A DNA stretch of 64,000 nt from Bacteroidales bacterium (GTDB taxonomy: Bacteria; Bacteroidota; Bacteroidia; Bacteroidales; WCHB1-69). Positions within the stretch are counted from its first letter, which is position 1. The number at the start of each line of letters is the position of its first letter. The translations under genes and the position numbers were made by a program. Below, piece after piece: positions 57,723 through 64,000 of the stretch. The stretch covers positions 11,998 to 75,997 of the forward strand of contig JAVBLM010000049.1 in the NCBI GenBank assembly GCA_031553535.1, given 5' to 3'. The notes below the pieces were generated by a model. It had not been told where the DNA came from. It saw nothing but the letters and a program-made list of their open reading frames with translations, and made no database searches.

Positions 57723-58214
57723 CTATTTTTCATTTTCTTGCTCGTAGAACGTAGGTGTAGGTTCTAAAAGCAACGCAATTCCTTTTACTTCTCCGATACA
57801 GAGCCAGTTATTGCAAAATTCCTCTACGGTATAAGTTATTAATCCACTGCTTGGGTCGGCGACAAGCACCTCATTCCCTGTTTTCTCTAAAGTAGAGGTG
57901 TCTCCCATCTTTTGGAGTGGCTGAGGAAGGTGATAAACCACAATGAAATGTTTCTGTTTCCAATGTACGATACAAGGCAAAGGGGCATCTTCTACCAATT
58001 TTTCAAAGCCAATACGTACCCCTATTGTTTTAAAGCCCAATCTCTCTGCTGCATCGCTTATGCCTAACATACGTACTCCTGCATGGGTAGCATAACACAT
58101 CTCCCGCAGTTTTTGTATCGTATAGGTTTTACCGTAATGCTTGGCTATCATTGCCAAACAAACGACACCACAGTCCATTTGGCCGAATTGCGGGATAAAA
58201 GGGAATTTAGACAT
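57723..58214 (-). CDS. Stand-alone C39 (bacteriocin-processing, double-glycine) cysteine peptidase domain
   Basis: 163 aa. QMDCGVVCLAMIAKHYG (catalytic Cys), HWKQKHFIVVY (His), VADPSSG (Asp). The ORF stops where the ABC-transporter TMD would normally begin (…LLLEPTPTFYEQENEK*). Confidence 0.8.
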   Translation of the reverse strand: MSKFPFIPQFGQMDCGVVCLAMIAKHYGKTYTIQKLREMCYATHAGVRMLGISDAAERLGFKTIGVRIGFEKLVEDAPLPCIVHWKQKHFIVVYHLPQPLQKMGDTSTLEKTGNEVLVADPSSGLITYTVEEFCNNWLCIGEVKGIALLLEPTPTFYEQENEK

Positions 58215-58276
58215 AAAAAAATTATTTACTATTTAAAAGGAATTTGGAATTTTTCTAATTAATAAATATGTCTTTT

Positions 58277-59596
58277 TTATTGTTTAATATTATTTTGTTC
58301 CAATTCATGTCTTAACAATAAGTAATTTTCCCACTGATTACGCCAAGGAACACAATGATAAAAGCTTTTATTATTAAATTTGTTTTCGATACGCTTGTGC
58401 GGACAACCTCCTCTACATACAGGTAATGAAAAGCAATTCCGGCAAGTGGGGTCTTCAAAAGGATTAGCGCCATACAAATATTTGTTCAAAAGTGTATTAT
58501 TAGTTATGGAAACTATTCCGTTTTCTCCTATTTCTCCTACTTTATATTCTTGGTTTCCTATAATTTCCCAACATTTATACACATTTCCTTCTGCATCAAA
58601 TACCCAACAATTATTATTTCTTACGGCACATTCGGTAATCGTGTCACAAGGATAGATTAGTCTAGAATCACGAGTATGTAACGATACTTCTTTAGAAAAA
58701 GTAAATTTATCTGTATCGTATCTAAATAGACGCGGATTTTCATCGCTCGCCTTTGTGGTTTGTATAATAAATGCGGGTACTACATAGATATTATTGTTAT
58801 TATAACGATTTTTAAAAAAGTCATACACTTTTAAAAAGTCATTTTTGTTTTCTTTATCGGTATTAACACGGATACACAATCGTATATTGTTATTTTCCAT
58901 CACATTAAGTTCGTCTATGTTATGGATAATAGTAGCAAATGTGTCTTTATCCGTCTCTGTATATTTTTTATTATTATGTGTTTCAGGCATTCCATCAATT
59001 GAAACCTGAATATGTCGTATGTTGCAACGAAGTAACAAGTCAATATTTTCCCTTGTTAAGAAATATCCGTTTGTAATGATGTTTGCATTAATGCAGGTAA
59101 ATTTCTGTTTATCTATTTTTTCTGAAATATTTTCTATAATATGAGGAGCTAAAAGAGGTTCGCCTCCAAACCATGTTAGATTGAGCGTATTTATGTTATT
59201 ATGCCTATTGATAAAATCAACTATTTGTTGAACTGTTTTATCACTCATATGGCCCTTTTTCTTATTCTCAAAACAATAGGGGCATGAGAAGTTACAATCC
59301 ATAGTAGGAGCAATTGTTATTACTAATACATTATTTAACCTCCTCTGCTGTTCTATTATTGATTGGAAACTGAAAAAATCTTCTTCCTCATTATCTGTAA
59401 TTACTCTTTTTTCATATAATTTACTCCATAATTCATCATTTTCGACAGTATCGATTACATTGGTTCCATCTTCCTGTTTCTTTTTTAAAAATAAATAAAG
59501 TTCATTATTTATTTCGCCGAAATAATTTGTAAGGGAATTATATATAAAAAACGTATTGTCTTTACTAATTAATTTTGTATGTCTTGATATTTTCAT
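58277..59596 (-). CDS. Radical SAM/SPASM-domain peptide maturase
   Basis: 439 aa. CNFSCPYC cluster, WFGGEPLL, ITNGYFL, and a C-terminal SPASM Cys-rich region (ECAV...YKCWE...CRNCFSLPVCRGGCPHKR). Confidence 0.85.
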   Translation of the reverse strand: MKISRHTKLISKDNTFFIYNSLTNYFGEINNELYLFLKKKQEDGTNVIDTVENDELWSKLYEKRVITDNEEEDFFSFQSIIEQQRRLNNVLVITIAPTMDCNFSCPYCFENKKKGHMSDKTVQQIVDFINRHNNINTLNLTWFGGEPLLAPHIIENISEKIDKQKFTCINANIITNGYFLTRENIDLLLRCNIRHIQVSIDGMPETHNNKKYTETDKDTFATIIHNIDELNVMENNNIRLCIRVNTDKENKNDFLKVYDFFKNRYNNNNIYVVPAFIIQTTKASDENPRLFRYDTDKFTFSKEVSLHTRDSRLIYPCDTITECAVRNNNCWVFDAEGNVYKCWEIIGNQEYKVGEIGENGIVSITNNTLLNKYLYGANPFEDPTCRNCFSLPVCRGGCPHKRIENKFNNKSFYHCVPWRNQWENYLLLRHELEQNNIKQ

Positions 59597-59651
59597 AGGA
59601 TATTATTCATCAAACAATAATCTATTTATCTTGATTCACCGAATCCGGTTT

Positions 59652-60170
59652 TTATCGACCTTCTCCCCATTCCATTATATATCGAAACATTATTCCATCG
59701 GGATTATCAGGTTTATACGGAATCTCTATGCCTATAAAGAAAGTTAATTCTTTTTTTATCCATGAACCATCTTTTAAATATTCTGCCGGATTCCATTGAG
59801 GAATACGATTGAGAACCCGCAGAAATTCTCTACCAATCTTTGTCTTATGATCATACGTTACAATCCTTGTTCTATTACTATCATATGTCTCTACTCCCTC
59901 GTCCATAACATATTTAGGTTTTCCGGAAGCATATATTGTACATATTATATCCATACGCCCTTTTTTCAAAGTGGTATCTGTTACCAAATTCAGATTCAAA
60001 TTTTCATTTAAAAAACGGCGAAGTTCCTCTGTTTCTCCCGGCTTATCTCCCGGAATAGACGGTGGTCTTTTCTGTTCCCGTGGTGTTCTCGCATATTCAG
60101 TCTTTATCTGTCCCTGTACAAAGGAAAAGGAAGCAAAAATTAGACAAACTGTTAATATAAGCGGTTTCAT
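59652..60170 (-). CDS. Secreted TonB_C-like domain protein (paralog 1)
   Basis: 172 aa with signal peptide MKPLILTVCLIFASFSFVQGQ. LRRFLNENLNLNLV...GRMDIICTIYASGKP...IGREFLRVLNRIPQWNPAE..DG fits the TonB C-terminal domain pattern. Paralogous to 60312..60752. Confidence 0.5.
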   Translation of the reverse strand: MKPLILTVCLIFASFSFVQGQIKTEYARTPREQKRPPSIPGDKPGETEELRRFLNENLNLNLVTDTTLKKGRMDIICTIYASGKPKYVMDEGVETYDSNRTRIVTYDHKTKIGREFLRVLNRIPQWNPAEYLKDGSWIKKELTFFIGIEIPYKPDNPDGIMFRYIMEWGEGR

Positions 60171-60203
60171 ATTTATTAAGTACTATTATACATTCCTATT
60201 TTA

Positions 60204-60305
60204 AAATTATTTGTATTTCATTACTTTTTTCGCTGCCTCCTGTTTGTAAATAAGTGTATATGTCGGTAGATGATAATTCGTCTGCTTGTATTTTGATACT
60301 TTCCT
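60204..60305 (-). pseudogene. Orphan 3' fragment of a T9SS C-terminal sorting domain
   Basis: Own translation: FQESIKIQADELSSTDIYTYLQTGGSEKSNEIQIILK*. This parallels the last ~35 residues of the precursor ORF (LSIQIKADELPSAGIYMCVLTGDNEKSNEIQMILK*). The flanking DNA is also duplicated (compare 60171-60305 with 60753-60890). Confidence 0.8.
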
Positions 60306-60311
60306 GAAATT

Positions 60312-60752
60312 TTATTGGCCAAAATAAAGAAACACCAATCCATTAGGGTCATCAGGTTTGTATGGGATCCTTGCAAGTATAGAGAACTTAATTATCTCTT
60401 TTCCCCATAAACCATCTTTTATTAAATGTTCTCTATCTCTCCATTGAATGAGATGGGCAACCCGCAGAAATTCTCTGCCAATCCTTTTATTTCCGGTGTC
60501 TTCCAAGAAATATTTAGGGTTCCCTAATGTATCTATTACACATACTACTTCCACCGCTCCTTTTGCCAGACTGGTATCTGTTACCATCTTCAGGTTAAGA
60601 TTTTCATTAAAAAAATGGCGACACGCCTCCATTCCACCCGGAAAAGGAACCTCGTAATTTTCATGATACTCAGAAAGTCCCAAAGAATCTGTCTGCCCCT
60701 GTACAAAAGAGGCTACAAAACACACACAAACTATCAATATAAGTGGTCTCAT
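60312..60752 (-). CDS. Secreted TonB_C-like domain protein (paralog 2)
   Basis: 146 aa with signal peptide MRPLILIVCVCFVASFVQGQ. RHFFNENLNLKMV...GAVEVVCVIDTLGNP...IGREFLRVAHLIQW aligns with paralog 1. Confidence 0.5.
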   Translation of the reverse strand: MRPLILIVCVCFVASFVQGQTDSLGLSEYHENYEVPFPGGMEACRHFFNENLNLKMVTDTSLAKGAVEVVCVIDTLGNPKYFLEDTGNKRIGREFLRVAHLIQWRDREHLIKDGLWGKEIIKFSILARIPYKPDDPNGLVFLYFGQ

Positions 60753-60783
60753 ATTTTTTATTATTACGTGATATTATACATTC

Positions 60784-61767
60784 CTATTTCAAAATCATTT
60801 GTATTTCATTACTTTTTTCGTTGTCTCCTGTTAATACACACATGTATATACCGGCGGATGGTAATTCGTCTGCTTTTATTTGTATGCTTAATGTGCCGCG
60901 GTCTGTAATATCAAGAGTTTTTATTATAGAGCCCTCCATATCATGTATGTGGAATTCTGCTTTTTGAATGATTTCCGGTATATAACATGCAATAGTTGTT
61001 ATCGTATCAAACGGATTAGGATGGTTTTGAAATACGATTATCTCTTCCATTTCCCCTTTCAAAATCATTTGTATTCCATTACTTTCTTTGCCGTCCCCTG
61101 TTAATACATAGACGTATGTACCGGCAGATGGTAATTCTTTTGCATGTATTTGTATGCTTATTGTTCCGCGGTCTTTAATATCAAAGTTTTTTATTATAAA
61201 ACCTTGAATATCGCGTATGTGTAATTCTGCTTTTTGAATAGTTTTCGGAATATAGCATTCAATAGTTGTTCTCTTATCAAACGGATTGGGATAGTTTTGA
61301 AATACGATTATATCTTTCCCTTCTGCTCCCGCTTCTGGAAAAAAAACTTCGCAACTGCCTATTATAAGACGGGAATGTTGTGATAATTCAGTTATTATTT
61401 CAGGTTCCTTTACAGATGCACCTCCTCCCCACGAGACAAGGCTGGTGCTACTAGAATATGGGTTCGCCCCACCACCACATGTTGCAGCGAATGCTGAGGT
61501 ATGACATCCTGTTATCCAAAAGCAATTAGAACAAGTATACATACCATCAGCACCCTTATCAGCAGTACTAGAACAAGAGGTGCCAACATATATGGAATCA
61601 GAACCACCACCACAGCTCTTAAGCTCATGATAACAATTCATAACAACCGTTAATGGGTTACAATGACTTGCCGCTCCTCCTGCAATATCCCACATTTCAT
61701 TTCTTCCCATGCGTCCTTCTTCTATTGTTCGAAGGGTAAAATCTAATTCTTTTACTTTATCGTTCAT
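60784..61767 (-). CDS. Chimeric precursor-like protein: double-glycine leader, Cys-rich core and two tandem T9SS C-terminal sorting domains
   Basis: Preferred start is ATG 61767 (MNDKVKELDFTLRTIEEGRMGRNEMWDIAGG). The leader ends in the Bacteroidetes-type EMxxIxGG motif and has no hydrophobic signal peptide. The core has 9 Cys and three GGG motifs. It is followed by two 85 aa Por_Secre_tail-like domains (FQNYPNPFDKRTTIECYIP...GIQMILK and FQNHPNPFDTITTIACYIP...EIQMILK). The ORF-track start (TTG 61842) adds 25 residues with no signal-peptide character. Confidence 0.75.
   Translation of the reverse strand: MNDKVKELDFTLRTIEEGRMGRNEMWDIAGGAASHCNPLTVVMNCYHELKSCGGGSDSIYVGTSCSSTADKGADGMYTCSNCFWITGCHTSAFAATCGGGANPYSSSTSLVSWGGGASVKEPEIITELSQHSRLIIGSCEVFFPEAGAEGKDIIVFQNYPNPFDKRTTIECYIPKTIQKAELHIRDIQGFIIKNFDIKDRGTISIQIHAKELPSAGTYVYVLTGDGKESNGIQMILKGEMEEIIVFQNHPNPFDTITTIACYIPEIIQKAEFHIHDMEGSIIKTLDITDRGTLSIQIKADELPSAGIYMCVLTGDNEKSNEIQMILK
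60787..61326 (-). repeat. Tandem in-frame duplication (~270 bp x 2) encoding the two T9SS CTDs
   Basis: CTD2 spans 60787-61041 and CTD1 spans 61057-61311, each preceded by a 5 aa acidic linker (GEMEE for CTD2, AEGKD for CTD1). The DNA blocks ...aatacgattat... recur at 61031 and 61301. Confidence 0.85.
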
Positions 61768-62230
61768 TTTTTTTTCATTTAAACTACCTACTCTTTGAGG
61801 GGCTTTTCGGTAACCGCCCATACACAAATATTTTCTTTGCAAAATAGAAAAAAAATTAATACAAAATACAATAAAATAAAAAAAACATTATTTTGTTGTA
61901 TGTCAAATAAATAAAATTGATATTTTTATAAATCAAAGGCAGGCCTTCTGCAGGGATGAAAATATGTAAAAGTAAAAAACCAATGCAATTTTGCATGAAA
62001 ATTATAAAAATTGCGGAAAAAATAATAATTAACTATGGTGAATTATTTACATTCATTTTGTGGATTTATTGTGAAAAATGAGGTTGCAAGGTAATAAAAA
62101 GGAAGGCATGTAACGATGTTGTCAATAAAGCAAAATTGACTTCTATATTATTGCAATTACAGCCGGCCTTTGAAAGTCGTCCGATTGGCTTTGGAACAAA
62201 TGTAAGATAATATGAAAACAAAAATAAGAG

Positions 62231-62517
62231 GTTTCAAGAAAGTCTACAGGCGTTTTGCTTTTTCGTTTGGATCTTTCAGCAAATGTTGAAAATCTCCCGC
62301 TATTTACTTTGGGTCTTTCAGCAAATGTTGAAAGCCTCTCGCTATTTACTTTGGAACTTTCAGCAAATGTTGAAAGTCTCTAGCTATTTACTTTGGATCT
62401 TTCAGCAAATGTTGAAAATCTCCCGCTATTTACTTTGAAGCTTTCAGCAAAGTCTGAAATGATTAAACTATTTGCTTTAGAGGTTTCGGAAACACCCGAA
62501 AGAACTACGTACTTTTG
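62231..62517 (+). repeat. 42 bp tandem array C (4 good units flanked by degenerate units), unit ctttcagcaaatgttgaaaatctcccgctatttactttggat
   Basis: Unit starts at 62273, 62315, 62357, 62399 and 62441, with degenerate units at 62231 and 62483. Hairpin tttcagc-aaat-gttgaaa has one G.U pair on the + strand. The terminal unit has tttcgg-aaacac-ccgaaa. Confidence 0.9.
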
Positions 62518-62686
62518 TTTCTAAATGTATGTTATGAATGATATCCGGAAGATGTCTATTCTTTGATTGAATGACGGATATTTGTGTGAGGCGCACTATT
62601 ATATGCCTTTTAAATTCTAATCCGGTTTTAATCTCAGGTTTATTGTTTTCTAATCTTTTTCAAAATTAAATCTAATACATAAGAAT

Positions 62687-62694
62687 TACTTTTG
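62687..62694 (+). promoter_or_regulatory. Candidate -7 promoter box (TAnnTTTG) for the TolC-family gene
   Basis: tacttttg lies 25 nt upstream of ATG 62719. A second tacttttg at 62510-62517 abuts the end of array C. Confidence 0.4.
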
Positions 62695-62718
62695 TATCGT
62701 AAAAATTATGTACCGAAC

Positions 62719-64000
62719 ATGAATAGATTTCTTTGGGTATTAGTAAGTTTTTTTTGTTTTGTGGGTGTATCTTCTCAGGCTCAACAAGTACAGAAAATGA
62801 CATTGGAGGAGATAGAAACCCTGTTTTTGAAGCAGAACTTGCAACTTATAGCAGCGCATTATAATATCGATATTGCGGATGCGGCAATTACACAGGCTAA
62901 ATTATGGGAAAACCCTTCCTTTTCTATCGGTCAGGTAAATTTCTGGAGTACCCCTTCTCAACGGGAAGGAGAAGCCGAAGTTATTCCGCCGTTATTTGGA
63001 AATTTTGCCAGAAATACCGAATTCTCATTGGAACTAAGCCAGATGATTCAAATCGCGGGGCAGAGGAGAAAACTTATGAAAATGGAGAAAGTCTCCAAAG
63101 AAATGATTATCGGCGAGTTTGAAGATGTTTTGAGAGGGCTTAAGACAGAACTGCGAAAGTCGGTCAGTGAAATTGTCTATCTACAAGAATATCGAATAAT
63201 CTTATTGAGCCAACAACAAATCCTCAATCAACTTGTCTCGACATACCGGCAACAGGTTTCGCAAGGGAATGTCGGGAAAAATGAATTGTTACGATTGCAT
63301 TCTTCTCTTTTGGATATAGAGAACGAATTGCATGAAATTCAGATGGAATACAATGAACAACAAAAAGTACTAAAAACCCTATTAAACCTTGGCCCGATGA
63401 CAGTTGTTGAAATTGATGATGTTAAAATCCAATATAAAGATCCTCAAGATATTTCTTTGGAGAATATGCTGGTTTTTGCTACTGAGTCTCGCCCCGACTT
63501 GAAAAGATTACAATTGCAGACACAGTATTACGAAAAATCTATTGCTTACGAAAAATCACAACGTGCTCCTAATTTAGAGTTGAGTGTTAGCTATGATCGT
63601 TATGGAGGTGTTTGGAAAAACTTTGTTGGTTTTGGCGTAAGCATAGATTTGCCGGTTTTGAATCAAAATCAAGGGAATATACGAATTGCGGAGTATAGCA
63701 AAGAACAAAACCATCATTTGGTATTACAGCAACAGAATATTGTTCAACAGGAGGTTGTAGAAGCCTTTAATAATTACATATCGACATATAATTTATATAT
63801 GAACATGGAAAAAGATGATTTACTGCTGGAGATAGACTACATGTTGGATACTTACACACAAAACTTATTGCAAAGGAATATCAGTATGCTTGAGTATATT
63901 GATTTTATGGATGCATACAAAACCAATAAACAAACAGTATTATCTATACAGAAAAGAGTAAATCAACAATTTGAGGAACTTCAGTATGCTTTAGGAAATG
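62719..64000 (+). CDS. TolC/CzcC-family outer-membrane efflux protein (C-terminus runs off the right edge)
   Basis: Own translation: MNRFLWVLVSFFCFVGVSSQAQQVQKMTLEEIETLFLKQNLQLIAAHYNIDIADAAITQAKLWENPSFSIG... with later coiled-coil repeats. The frame is open to the window end. It is absent from the ORF track because it has no stop. Confidence 0.75.
   Translation, partial: MNRFLWVLVSFFCFVGVSSQAQQVQKMTLEEIETLFLKQNLQLIAAHYNIDIADAAITQAKLWENPSFSIGQVNFWSTPSQREGEAEVIPPLFGNFARNTEFSLELSQMIQIAGQRRKLMKMEKVSKEMIIGEFEDVLRGLKTELRKSVSEIVYLQEYRIILLSQQQILNQLVSTYRQQVSQGNVGKNELLRLHSSLLDIENELHEIQMEYNEQQKVLKTLLNLGPMTVVEIDDVKIQYKDPQDISLENMLVFATESRPDLKRLQLQTQYYEKSIAYEKSQRAPNLELSVSYDRYGGVWKNFVGFGVSIDLPVLNQNQGNIRIAEYSKEQNHHLVLQQQNIVQQEVVEAFNNYISTYNLYMNMEKDDLLLEIDYMLDTYTQNLLQRNISMLEYIDFMDAYKTNKQTVLSIQKRVNQQFEELQYALGN

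Noticed and set aside
62904-63122. 72 aa + strand ORF
   Set aside because: It is nested in a different frame inside the TolC-family gene, which is open from 62719 to the window end.

Overview
A+T-rich chromosomal window from a Bacteroidota genome, probably Bacteroidales-like. Support: TAnnTTTG-type promoters, T9SS genes, and an S16 protein with a long acidic tail. Layout: (1) 1-3943 holds a TonB-dependent receptor and a downstream lipoprotein. (2) 4216-20754 is a ~16.5 kb genomic island, visibly more A+T-rich, inserted at the 3' end of tRNA-Leu(CAA). An imperfect ~65 bp direct repeat with a 13 bp identical core bounds it. It carries a tyrosine integrase, three unknown ORFs (one RES-like) and a type I R-M operon (hsdR, hsdM, an AlbA_2/ATPase gene, hsdS with a ~200 aa C-terminal extension). 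The operon is translationally coupled to a McrB-like GTPase and followed by a decayed mcrC::radical-SAM chimera. (3) 21052-32108 is housekeeping: recJ, aroQ, tRNA-CAT, PorP/SprF, a GldJ-like lipoprotein, murF, anmK, murB and a nucleoside kinase. (4) 32659-45740 is an aryl-polyene/flexirubin-like type II FAS/PKS cluster with an appended deacetylase-like, AAC(3)-like, FkbH and ACP module. (5) 46931-57647 is housekeeping: hydF, queA, GT9, an OM beta-barrel, purC, a Pif1-like helicase, rpsP, rimM and an rSAM. (6) 57723-61767 is the most unusual locus. One ORF joins a double-glycine leader, a Cys-rich core and two tandem T9SS C-terminal sorting domains. Next to it lie two secreted TonB_C-like paralogs, a radical SAM/SPASM maturase and a stand-alone C39 peptidase. 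(7) 62719 to the window end is a TolC-family gene. Intergenic DNA is packed with modular mosaic repeats. These include three separate tandem arrays that share a 42 bp period and a TTTC-NNN-N4-NNN-GAAA hairpin whose inner stem covaries between arrays. All functional calls come from reading the translations and motifs by eye; no searches were run.
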